Shown: positions 38,896-49,900 of the stretch, piece by piece
How positions within the stretch are numbered: the first letter of the stretch is position 1
Layout: each line of letters begins with the position of its first letter
Assembly (NCBI GenBank): GCA_030390025.1
Contig: CM059432.1
Span: 83,144,001-83,208,000 of the forward strand
Length of the DNA: 64,000 nucleotides
Direction: 5' to 3'
Source: Squalus acanthias
Taxonomy: Eukaryota
Translations under genes and position numbers: made by a program
The notes under the pieces: model-generated
The model's input: the letters and a program-made list of their open reading frames with translations, nothing else
Told to the model about the DNA's origin: nothing
Database searches by the model: none

Positions 38896-39884
38896 TGAAA
38901 CTGCCTTCTGGAATGACTTCCAGCACCTGGTCTCGTCAAACTGCACCTCCCCCTTAAGAGGTGCAGCTTGGCTTTAAGAACGGAAAGCTAGCTTTAATTG
39001 GTGCTAGCCTCGCCCGAACTTGGGCCTATGCTGAGCGTGCAGCCACTCAGCAGCGTGTTCAGTGCTGGGCTGCACGCCACTATCATTTAAATTAGCAGAT
39101 AGCACCAAGTATGCGTGCTGCCTGCATTACTTTGAACGGGCACAGGTTAATCGCGCATCGTGATCCCCGTGCCCATTTTCGGGGGCTATCAAATTTTTAG
39201 CCCTGAATATTTAAATAAAACCAATGTTTGTAAAGGATTTGAATTAACCTATTTCCTTTTAATTATAGCTTCCTAATGTGTTGTACAGATGGCTTTTTAG
39301 TGTGCCAAACTTTTGAGAAGAGGAATCCCTGAGAATATGTTTTTAAATACCATATACTTTATTTATAATACTCTTAAGAAGACTGGTAATTATCAACTAC
39401 TCGTACGTGAAGTCAGGCAATGTGAAAAGCTTCCTCATTATTGATGGATAATGGGGAAATGGTTGGACATGAATTGCTTTGATATTAGGGTATATTTTTC
39501 AGCCAGTGGGATTGGTCTCACTGCCACAGAAGAAGCGAGCAAGTGCCAGGATATTGGGCACAGAATTCCTTTCTCCAGATCTTTGGCCTGTAAAAATCCA
39601 GCAGATCACCCTTTAAAAAAACACTTGCTGAAATCAGGGATCCAGCAAAGGAGATTCCCCACCCCATATGCCAAAATGGGTGTTGAAGGCCAGGCAAGTG
39701 GCCTTTCAGCAAGTGACTTTTGAAAGGGTGACCTGCTGGATTTTTCACAGGAGTAATTTTGACTGTGGAATTAACAATGTGTTTTTGACAGCTGGATTTG
39801 TGATGATTTTGTTATATTTTTGTGTGTTGTATTTTTTGGGCAGGATTTTTGGTAGCAAGCTATTCCTCTCTTTTTTAGTTTTTG

Positions 39885-40080
39885 TGAGAAGTCGCACAAC
39901 ACCAGGTTATAGTCCAACAGCTTTATTTGAAATCACAAGCTTTCGGAGCGCTGCTCCTTCGTCAGGTGAAGGCTCCAAAAGCTTGTGATTTCAAATAAAG
40001 CTGTTGGACTATAACCTGGTGTTGTGCGACTTCTCACATTAGTCCACCCCAGTCCAACACCGGCATCTCCACATCATGGC
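39885..40080. mobile_element. Short Penelope-like insertion with long inverted repeat
   Basis: Inverted arms of about 65 bp (39883-39949 and 39972-40038); 12-bp TSD TTTTAGTTTTTG (39873-84 and 40081-92); contains a hammerhead motif. Confidence 0.8.
39933..39969 (-). ncRNA. Minimal type I hammerhead ribozyme motif
   Basis: UCAC-CUGACGA-A-GGAGC-AGC-GCUCC-GAAA-GC-UU-GUGA: intact core, stems I and II pair, palindromic stem III AAGCUU. Confidence 0.75.
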
Positions 40081-40129
40081 TTTTAGTTTTTGGGCAAACA
40101 AAAAAAAATACAAAAGGAGCTGTGTAAGG

Positions 40130-40465
40130 GAGGTTTGCTTCCACTGCCCTTGATAAGGAGGCTGCTCTTACCCAGGCCTGTGTGCAAACCCAGTTGACAC
40201 CTACCTGGAAATGTCCAAGGAGCACTTTTCAGAGGCTCTGCTTCACCAGGGAGGTTGTAGTGGAGTGCCATCTGCTGGAATCTGACCTGCAGGTAACCTG
40301 CACGACAGCGATGGCACAGCCAGCCACTGTCAAGTTCTCCACAGTCCTAAACCTTTATGTCTCAGAGACTCATTTCAAACTAAAGACATCAGCAACATCT
40401 ATCAGTCCACAGTGGAAGATGCATCAAGTATTAATTGCCAGAACAAACAAAATCACTTTCCATTG
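40130..40465 (+). pseudogene. Decayed Harbinger transposase N-terminal fragment
   Basis: QRLCFTREVVVECHLLESDLQ resembles RRLRFSKEVVTELCHLLQPDLQ. Confidence 0.65.
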
Positions 40466-40469
40466 GAAA

Positions 40470-42017
40470 AATGGCAAGTGAGTACGAGAAAAGAATAGCA
40501 GGGAACATAAAAGGGAATCCAAAAATCTTTTATAAACAAATAAAAAGTTAGTTAAAGGAATGGTGGGGCCAATTAGGGACAAAAAAGGAAATCTTGTGGA
40601 GGCAGAGGGCATGACTGAGGTACTGAATGAGTACTTTCATCCATTCCCTTTCCACTGATTCGATCTCTCTCCCCGGCAACTGTCTAGGGCTGACCAAGTC
40701 TGTTTGCAACCTTGGTGACATATTTGATCACGAATTGAGCTTCCTACCTCATACCTGTATTATCACTAAGATCGCCCATTTCCACCTTCGTTATATCATC
40801 TGTCTCCGCTTTTACCTCAACTTATCTGCTGCTGAAATCTTCATCCATGTCTTTATCACCTCTAGACTTGACTATTTCAATGCGCTCCTGCCGGCCTCCC
40901 TCGTTCTACCCTCCATAAACTCGAGGTCATCAAAAACTCTGCCGCCTGTGTGCTAACTCACACCAAGTCCCGCTCACCCATCTCCCCTGTGCTTGCTGAC
41001 CTACATTGGCTCCCAGTTAAGTAATGCCTCAAGTTTAAAATTCTCATCCTTGTTTTCAAAGCCCTCCATGACCTCGCTCCTCCTTATCTCTGTAATCTCC
41101 TCCAGCCCTATAATCCCCCTCGACCTCTGCGCTCCGCCTATTCTGGTCTTTTGAACATCCCCGATTTTAAATGCTCCATTATTGGCGGTCGTGCCTTCAG
41201 CTGCCTAGGTCCTAAGCTCTGGAATTCCCTCCCTAAACCTCTCGTCTCTCCACTTCTCTTTCCTCCTTTAAGACGCTCCTTAAATTTTACCTCTTCGACC
41301 AAGCTTTTGGTCATCTGACTTAACATTTCCTTATATGGCTTGGTGTCAAAACTTTTTTTTGATAACACTCCTGTGAAGTGCCTTGGGATGTTTTATTACG
41401 TTAAAGGCGCTATATAAATATAAGTTGCTGTTGTCTTCACAAAATAAGAGGTTGAAGTTAATGTTGGAGTAGAGGAGGGGGGGAGTGGAGATATCGGATA
41501 GGATAAAAATAGATAGAAAGGAGGTGCTAAATAGTTTAGGTGGCATCACTCAAAGTTAATAAGTCACCTGATCCAGATGAGATACATACTAGGTTGCTGA
41601 GGGAAGCTAGGATGGAGCTAGCAGAAGCTCCAACCACAATTTTTTAATCCTCCTTGGATATTGGAGTGGTGCCAGAGGACTGGAGGATTGCAAATGTTAC
41701 ACCCCTGCTCAAAAAAGGGAAGAGGGAACACTTGGTAACTACAGACCAATCAGTCTAATGTCAGTGGTAAGAAAACTACTGGAGACTATTATGAAGGACA
41801 AAATTAATTCTCACTTGGAGAGCATGGGTTAATAAGCGACAGCCAGCATGGATTTATTAAAGGCAAATCATGTCTGACTAACCTGATTGAGTTCTTTGGT
41901 GAAGTAACAGAGAAGGTTGATGAAGGTAGTGCAGTAGATGTTTTATATATGGACTTTCAAAGGGCATTCAGTAAAGTGCCTCATAACAGACTTATTCGGA
42001 AAATAGAAGCACATGGG
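40470..42017 (+). mobile_element. CR1 ORF2 fragment interrupted by an L2 (40640-41433)
   Basis: GPIRD, NYRPISL, QHGFIKG and YMDFQ motifs on either side of the L2. Confidence 0.8.
40640..41433 (+). mobile_element. L2 LINE 3' fragment
   Basis: FITSRLDYFNALL, LHWLP; tail ggcgctatataaatataagttg. Confidence 0.9.
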
Positions 42018-43410
42018 CTGAGAACAGAACTTGGGAAAATAAAATGGACAACAATATTGGCAAACAATTATGTAGAATAGCAATGGGAAACATTTAAAAG
42101 GGTGTTCAACAGAGTCCAGGAAAAATATATTCCGCTAAAAAACAAGAACAAGCTAAACACTAATAAGACACCATGGATGAATAAAGACATAAGGGAAAAA
42201 TTGAGGGTAAGGAAAGAGACATACACTGAGTACATGGACAGCAGGGGAGAGCATAACACTCGAATACGAAGAGATTAGGAGAGAATTCAAAAGAACAATT
42301 AGGAAGGCAAAGGGGAACTATGAAATTAAATTATCAAGGAACATAAAACAAAATAGTAAAAGATTCTACAGGCACATGAATAAAAAAAGGAAAGTTGGGA
42401 TAGGAATAGGGTCACTAAGGGACGGTCAGGATAAAATCACAGGCAGTGATAGTGAAATGGCAGAAATATTAAATTACTTTTCTTCAGTATTTACCAGGGA
42501 GACAGATCAGGTGGACATGATATAATGGCATTTAAAATAAAAAGGAGAAATATTAAATAAACTAATCAAACTCAAAGAGTGTAAACCCCCTGGTCCGGAT
42601 GGATTACATCCGTGCATTTTAAAAGAATCTAGGGAAGAGATAGCAGAGGCACTATTACACATATTTAATAATTCATTAGAAAAAGGTGTAGTGCCAGAGG
42701 ACTGGTGGATCGCTAACGTAATACCTGTATTTAAGAAGGGAGATAGAACATGTCCAGGGAACTATAGACCAGTCAGCTGAACATCGGTGGTCGGAAAAAT
42801 AATGGAATCCCTACTAAAGGAAAAAAATAGAACAGCTAGAAACCAAAAATATAATAATGAATAGTCAGCATGGATTTCAAAAGGGAAAGTCATAGAGTCA
42901 TATGGGCACAGAAGGAGGCCATTCGGCCCATCGAGTCCGTGCCGGCTCTCTGTAGAGCAATCCAGTCAGACCCATTCTGCCGCTCTATCCCCGTAGCCCT
43001 GCAAGTTTATTTCCCTCAAATGCCTATCCAGTCTCCCCTTGAAAACATTGAGGGGGAAAAATTAGGTCGCGTCCCATTTGGGGCGCAAATATCGTCTGGA
43101 CGCAAATATTAGCGCCTGGCGCTAATTATCGCCACTGACTGGAAACTTCACTTTTACCGCCCCGGGAGGTGAGTGGAGCGCTAAATCAGGCGCTGCACAC
43201 CTGTCTTAAGGCGCAAAGGCCGAGCAGTGAGGCGCTAACTCAGCGCGCGAGCGCAGCGCAGGTGCTGCCAGTTAGCGAGGGAACACAGACACACTGGCGC
43301 CGGCCACTTCTTAAAGCGGGGGGGGCCAACTTGCTCCCCAGCCACACCCTGCTCATTGCAGCCTTAAATCTCGGCCTGGAGAGACCTGTGAATCCATTTT
43401 GCTGCCAAGG

Positions 43411-43647
43411 ATGGAGAGGGTGAGAGAACGAGCTCATCGCTTCACCGAGCGGGCCTTGGATGCTCTGGTTGGCGCGGTGGAGCGCAGAAGATGTATACTC
43501 TTCCCTGAGAGTGGCAGGAGGCCTTTGCCATGCGAGTACAGAAGAGTGTGGAGGGAGGTGGCTCAGAGCGTCTCCTCCAGGAGCATGGTGCCCAGGACCC
43601 ATACTCAATGCCGCAAAAAGTTCAACGACCTCACTCGGGTCGTCAGG
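43411..43647 (+). CDS. Harbinger Myb/SANT-like DNA-binding protein, exon 1
   Basis: MERVRERAHRFTERALDALV...WREVAQSV...QCRKKFNDL; donor AGG|GTGAGT, phase 0. Confidence 0.88.
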
Positions 43648-43790
43648 GTGAGTGGCTTTTTCTCAATACCTCTCCATCCCTCCATCTCAACCTCACTCTA
43701 TGGCCAGAGGGTCTTAAAACCCAATGCACAACACTCATCCAACACCTATGGCCCTTTCATGAAACACACACACACACATTCCACACTTTG

Positions 43791-44114
43791 CATACAGTAA
43801 GGGCTATTCACCTATGGGAGGCACATCAGGCAAGACCATGGCTGCATACAGTAAGGGCTATTCACCTATGGGAGGCACATCAGGCAAGACCATGGCTGTA
43901 GACAGTAAGGGCTATTCACCTATGGGAGGCACATCAGGCAAGACCATGGCTGTAGACAGTAAGGGCTATTCACCTATGTGAGGCACATCAGGCAAGACCA
44001 TGGCTGTAGACAGTAAGGGCTATTCACCTATGGGAGGCACATCAGGCAAGACCATGGCTGCATACAGTAAGGGCTATTCACCTATGGGAGGCACATCAGG
44101 CAAGACCATGGCTG
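43791..44114 (+). repeat. Intronic tandem repeat, 54-bp unit x6
   Basis: catacagtaagggctattcacctatgggaggcacatcaggcaagaccatggctg repeated at 54-bp spacing. Confidence 0.95.
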
Positions 44115-44148
44115 TATATTTACTCAGATGCTGTCCTTTTTCTTACAG

Positions 44149-44311
44149 GCCAAGCTTGCGCATAATCGGAGACAGCAGCAACGGACAGGTGGAGGGCGGC
44201 CTCAGCTGCAACCCCTCAGCGATCTTGAGGAGCGCGTCCACAGGATTGTGGCAAGCCGGGTGATCGGTCCCGTCGCCACTGGAGACGCCGACCCCGTTCT
44301 GGACAGCAATG
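44149..44311 (+). CDS. Harbinger Myb/SANT-like protein, exon 2
   Basis: Acceptor tttcttacag|, AKLAHNRRQQQRTGGG motif, donor G|GTAAGG, phase 1. Confidence 0.88.
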
Positions 44312-44470
44312 GTAAGGTCATCACCTTTTTGTCCTCTGTCCTTCCACTTGTCCCTCACAACACCAGCCTTTGACACTTTCAATCCAACTTGCTAACTCGC
44401 TGCACTTATTCCTCCCTTACTGCCACCCTGTCCTCACGCTAAAGCCACTCTTGTACCTCCCTGCTTTCAG

Positions 44471-45447
44471 ATGGTGATTCACCAGCTGAGGAGACGGGCC
44501 CTGAAGCAGCCAGTGGGAGTGAAGCTGCAGCCGAGGAGGAAGAGGAAGCCGGAGCATCAGTGCCACCCTCTCCCGAGGAAGCCCATGCCCACACTGGGAA
44601 CACGCCTTCCCTGGAGGGGAGCAGGGGGGAAGGGTCTGATGAGGGTGAAGCTCCAGGACCCAGCGGGCTGCAGCAACGCCATGGGGGTAGGGAAGAACGG
44701 GGGCCTTCTCCCCAGAGGGAGAGTAGGCCAGAGACTCCTACTGCAATGGACGCAGAGGAGGAGCGGCTGATCGCAGAAATGAACACCCAGGCGGTGGGCA
44801 TGCACACTGAGCTCATGGGTGCAGTGGGAAGGGTGCCCGAATGCATTGAGTCACTGGCAAGGAGTGTGGAGCACTTCGCTGTAGCACAGGCGGATGCCAC
44901 ACTAACGCTTAGTGCTGCAATTCAGTCACTGGCTGCCGTGATCCCATCTCTGACTGCTCTCATGCAGACTCAGATTGAGGCCACGCGAGCACAGACTGCT
45001 GCCAACCTCGATGGTTCGTTCACATGTCCCCGGGGCTGTCACCGCGCCGCAGCAGGCCAGCAATCTGTTCTCCAGCAGATTGCTCCGGATGCTGAAGTGC
45101 TGCCCCGTGGGAGTGCCAGTGTGTCGGGCGAGCAGGGAGTTGCTGTCCTCTCTCACGATGACAGCATTCCTGCTGCCAACACTGTCACTTCTCCACTGCA
45201 CTTGCCACCGCCTGTAGGACAGACTGCTGCCGCCCATGCAGAGTTGGTGCAGTCTGCAGCCGGGCCCTCCAGGCCCAGAACTGGTCGAGGCCGTCCTTCA
45301 GGGGCATCTGCAGTGTCCGGGTCTGACGAGCAGCAGCCTTCCACCAGCCTTGCTGCAGCCACTGAGGTCCCATTACGGAGGAGCAGTAGGGTTAGAAGGG
45401 GGGAAGTGCGCAAGGGAAGGAGATCACCCTTGAAGGGCAAAAAGTAG
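44471..45447 (+). CDS. Harbinger Myb/SANT-like protein, exon 3 (spliced product 458 aa)
   Basis: Acceptor ctgctttcag|; in frame with ORF 44560-45447; acidic region, coiled-coil-like segment and basic C-terminus. Confidence 0.85.
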
Positions 45448-45759
45448 GAGGTGTGACAAAATGCTGGTCATTTTTTTATTAAAGGTCGAGGTTCATGGTC
45501 CAACTTTTGTTTAGTGTTTTGGACATTATCTCCAGGTTGTGAGAACCAGTTATGTTATTGACTGTTTTTTTGTGTTTATTTCTATGAGTTTGTCATGAGG
45601 AATTGACACACACAGAGTTTGTAAAATAAATAAGTTTCTGTATTCAAAATATACATGGTTGGTGGTTGGAATTATTGGTGCCTTGGCCGGCTTAGGGGTT
45701 GCGTGCTGGGTTCATTGATGTTGTTAGCAATGGCAGAAGCCATTTCCACAGCAGGGGCC

Positions 45760-46926
45760 CTAGAAGCGGCTTGCTATTAGCCGTTGACGGACGGCCCTTG
45801 CTGTTTCACCATTGTGGGCCGCCCTCCCACCTTGGTGCTGCTGATGATCATCCTCCTCGTCCTCTTCCTCCTCTTCCTCCTCCTCCTCCTCCTCTGGTGG
45901 TGCTCCAAGGCCTGGTGGCATTGGCTGGGTCCTGAGGATTGCCATGTTATGCAACATGCAGCACACAACTACGAAGTTGGATACTCGCTCAGGCGAATAC
46001 TGCAGGGCTCCTCCAGAATGGTCGAGACAGCGGAACCGTTGCTTCAACACGCCGATTGTGCGCTCAATTATGTTCCTGGTAGCTTGATGGCTCTCATTGT
46101 ACCGCAGCTCAGCAGGGGTGTTGGGCGTACGGAGCAGTGTCATCAGCCAGGTGCTCAATGCATACCCCTTGTCCCCGAGAAGCCAACCAACTGGCTGATG
46201 CGGTGCCTCGAAAAGTTCTGCCACAGTAGTCTGGCGCAGGATAAAAGCATCGTGGCAGCTGCCAGGATAGTGGGCATTGACAGCGAGTATCAGCTGTCTG
46301 TGGTCACAGACCAACTGAACATTCAAGGAATGGAACCCCTTTCTGTTCCGGAATTCCTCGGCATTCTCATGCGGAGCACGCAAAGCCACATGCGTGCAGT
46401 CAATGGCGCCCTGCACCATGGGGAAGCCCGCTATCCTCGCAAAGCCCAGAGCGCGGTCACGCTGCTTGTCTGGGGTCATGGGGAAAGAGATGAACTCTCG
46501 TCTCCTTTTAAAGAGGGCATTTGTGACCTGCCGGATGCAGCAATGCACCGCGAACTGGGAGATATTGGCGAGGTCCCCAGCAGCAGCTTGAAATGAGCCA
46601 GTAGCGTAGAAGTTGAGAGCCACTGTGACCTTCACTGCCACCGACAGAGACGTCCTGGACCTCAGTTGAGGCTGCAGATCTGGCTGCAGCAGGTGGCAGA
46701 GCTCAGTGACCACCTCCTTGCTGAATCGCAGCCTTCGCAAACACAGCTCCTCAGACATATGAATGTAGGAGAGCTGTTCACGATATACCCTGGGAGGGTA
46801 AGCTCTCCTGTACATACGCCTGTTGGCCCTCCTCCGTCTGGCCATCATTGCCACTCTCTCTCTGCGTCTCTGTGTCCTCCGATTCAGCTGGAGCAGGACG
46901 ACGCCCCCAATCAGTGCAGCCCCCAT
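45760..46926 (-). CDS. PIF/Harbinger DDE transposase (HARBI1-like family), 388 aa
   Basis: Open frame from MGAALIGG; GAIDCTH, NRKGFHSLNVQ, PGSCHD, GDKGY, IERTIGVLKQRF and CCMLHN motifs; catalytic D-D-E intact. Confidence 0.95.
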   Translation of the reverse strand: MGAALIGGVVLLQLNRRTQRRRERVAMMARRRRANRRMYRRAYPPRVYREQLSYIHMSEELCLRRLRFSKEVVTELCHLLQPDLQPQLRSRTSLSVAVKVTVALNFYATGSFQAAAGDLANISQFAVHCCIRQVTNALFKRRREFISFPMTPDKQRDRALGFARIAGFPMVQGAIDCTHVALRAPHENAEEFRNRKGFHSLNVQLVCDHRQLILAVNAHYPGSCHDAFILRQTTVAELFEAPHQPVGWLLGDKGYALSTWLMTLLRTPNTPAELRYNESHQATRNIIERTIGVLKQRFRCLDHSGGALQYSPERVSNFVVVCCMLHNMAILRTQPMPPGLGAPPEEEEEEEEEEEDEEDDHQQHQGGRAAHNGETARAVRQRLIASRF

Positions 46927-49900
46927 AGTCTCTTTGCAAGCAAAGTAATGAAGGACAGCAACTGAAGTACTAGCGAAGTTAGGATCAGTAGGCAAAACTA
47001 CCTCACAAAGCGTTGAGTCAATGCAGAAGTCTCTGTTTCTCTCTCTCCGAATCTCTCTCTCTCTCTCAGAAAGAGTGGTGCAAAAATGTCCACCACAGAA
47101 AAAGACAGGAAGAGGCCCCCTTTAAATAGCGCCCCCCCCAGCCCCACAGCGATTGATAGCGTTCCAGTCTTCCGGTCGTTGGATGCGCCAGGCGGTAAGG
47201 CAGGGGGCGCCACTCAATTTCCGCTCTGGGGCGCCACAAGGGCGTTGCACCATGGAATGACGTCACAATCTGCGCGCGCAGGTGGTCGCAGCGGTAAGGT
47301 TTAGCGCCGCCGCACAATCTCTTGTTAAGTTACCGAGCGGCGCAAACATCGCTGCGCCCGGGCGTTAGCGGCTTTGCGCCCCATTAGCGCCCTCTTAAGG
47401 CGCTAACGGGAGGCGGAACCAACTGAATTTTTACCCGAGTGTCTCCGCTTCCACCACTTCCGTCGGCAGCGAGTTCCAGGTCCTCACCACTTGCTGCGTA
47501 CATTTTTTTTCCTCACATCCCCCCTGTATCTCTTGCCCAAAACCTTAAATCTGTGTCCCCTAGTCCTTGTACCATCAACTAGTGGGAACAGCCTTTCCCC
47601 TTCTAGCCTATCCAAACCCGTCATAATCTTGTACACTTCTATCAAATCACCCCTCAACCTCCTTTGCTCTAATGAAAACAAATCCAGCTTCTCCAACCTG
47701 TCCTTGTAGCTAAGATTCCCCCATCCCCGGAACCATTCTGGTATATCTCCTCTGCACCCTTTCAAGTGCCTTCACGTCCTTCCTAAAGTGTGGTGACCAG
47801 AACTAGACGCAATACTCCAGTTGTGGCCTAACCAGCGCTTTATAAAGGTTCAGCATAACTTCTCTACTTTTGTACTCAATACCTCTATTTATGAAGCCCA
47901 AGATCCCATATGCTTTGCTAACCACTCTCTCAATATGTCCTGCCACCTTCAGGGACCTATGCACATTAACTCCCAGGTCCCTCTGTCCCTGCACACTCTT
48001 TAAAACTGTGCCATTAAGTGCATATTGCCTCTCCCTGTTCCTTCTGCCAAAATGCATCACCTCACACTTCTCTATTAAATTCCATCTGCCACTTGTCTGC
48101 CCATTCTGCTAGCCTTTCTATGTCCTGTTGCAGTCGATTGGTATCATCCTCAGTTTGCCACATCCCCAAGTTTGGTGTCATCAGCAAATTTTGAAATTCT
48201 ACTCTGTATTTCAATATCCAGGTCATTTATACATATCAAAAAAAGCAGTGGCCCCAGCACTGACCCTTGGGGAACACCACTGTCTACCATCCTCCAGTCT
48301 GAAAAACAGCCATTTACCACAACTCACTGTTTTCTGTCCTTAAGCCAATTCCTTATCCAAGCTGCCACTGATCCACCAATTCCATGAGCCTCAATTTTGT
48401 TAACCAGCCTTCTATGTGGTACTTTGTCAAACGCCTTCCGAAAATCCATGTAGACAACATCCATTGCATTCCCTTCATCAATCCTTCCTGTTACTTCATC
48501 AAAAAATTCAATTAGATTAGTCAAACACAATCTGCCTTTTACAAATCCATGTTGGCTCTCCTTAATTAGCTTAAACCTCTCCAAGCGCCTGTTAATTTTT
48601 CCCTTGATTATTGTTTCTAAAACTTTATCCACCACTGATGTTAAACTGACCGGCCTGTAGTTACTAGGATTGTCCTTGCACCTTTTCTTGAACAATGGTG
48701 TCATATTTGCCACTTTCCAATCCTCAGGCACCTCCCCCTCATCTAGGGAAGATTGGAAAATTATGGCAAGCCCTTCCGCTATCTCCTCCCCCAATTCCCT
48801 TAGCAACCTGGGATGCAAGCCATCTGGACCAGGCGACTTATCCACTCTAAGCATACCCAGTCTTTCTAGTACACCCTGTCTATCAATTTTCACCCCTTCC
48901 ATTGCTTCTACCGTTTCCACTTTTACCGATATTTTGTCAGCATCCACCTCCATAGTAAACACCAATACAAAGTACTCATTGAGTATTCCAGCCTTGCCCT
49001 GCACCTCTAAGCATATATCACCTTCTTTGTCCCTAATAGGCCCCACCCCGCCTCTTACTACCCGCTTACTGTTTACATGCAGGTAGTTACAAGTTTTGCT
49101 TGACCAACGTTATTGAATTCTTTGAAGAGGTAACAGAGAGTAGACAAGGGTAATGTAGTAGATGTAAGTTATCTAGATTTCCAAAAGGCTTTCGATAAAG
49201 GTACCACATAATAGACTAACGAATAAGATCAGAGAATGCGGAGTCAGGGGACAAGCAGAAGAATGGATAGCTAGCTGGCTTCAAGACAGAAAGCAGAGAG
49301 TAGGGGTAAAGGGTAGCTATTCAGAGTGGCAGAAGGTGGAAAGTGGGGTCCCACAAGATCAGCGCTGGCCTGGGACCACTGTTGTTCACAATTTATATTA
49401 ATGATTTAGACCTTGGATGACACCAAATTGGCAGGGTGGATAGTCAATACTGAGGAGGACTGCAACAAATTACAGGAAGACATTAATAAGCTTGCAGAAT
49501 GGGCATATAATTGGCAAATGAAATTCAACACAGATAAATGTGAGGTATTACATTTTGTCAAGAAAAATAAGGAGGTCACATATTACTTGGAAAATAAGAA
49601 TCTAAATGGGGCAAAGGAATCTCAGAGTACAAATACACAAATCACTAAAATTAGCGACACAGGTTAATAAGGCCATAAAAAAAGCAAATCAAGCACTGGG
49701 GTTTATTTCTAGATGGATAGAATTGAAAAGTGGAGAAGTTATGCTAAACTTGTATCAAACCTTGGTTAGACCACACTTGGAGTACTGTGTACAATTCTGG
49801 TCGCCATATTATAAAAAGGATGTAGAGGCACTGGAGAGGGTGCAAAAATGATTTACAAGGATGATACCAAAAATGCGAGGTTATATCCATCAGGAAAGGA

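Larger units (their letters stand above)
31445..39203. mobile_element. Full-length inactivated Harbinger with two nested LINE insertions
   Basis: Perfect 14-bp TIR GGGCTAAAAATTTG; TGA TSD (31442-44 and 39204-06); convergent transposase (+) and Myb (-) remnants. Confidence 0.93.
43053..47436. mobile_element. Apparently intact autonomous PIF/Harbinger transposon (4384 bp)
   Basis: TIR GGG(G/T)AAAAATT; GAG TSD (43050-52 and 47437-39); two convergent uninterrupted genes; CpG-rich subterminal regions. Confidence 0.95.
42891..49083 (-). mobile_element. 5'-truncated CR1 LINE hosting the intact Harbinger
   Basis: RT ORFs 48324-49046, 47803-48060 and 47484-47765; 3' end at 42891-43052; VVEAETL|NVFKG restored on removing the transposon. 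Confidence 0.92.

Noticed and set aside
45784..46596. 270-aa antisense ORF over the transposase
   Set aside because: Shadow frame of a GC-rich coding sequence, with a non-ATG start and no motifs
45760..46995. Domesticated host gene HARBI1
   Set aside because: It lies between TIRs with a TSD, inside a CR1, beside a Myb partner, and has decayed paralogues nearby; it is a transposon gene. The listed 411-aa ORF starts at a non-ATG codon
47197..47213. CTCF site carried by Harbinger ends (gcagggggcgc, also at ~30087)
   Set aside because: Only the 3' half of the motif matches, in GC-rich sequence; not supportable without a scan
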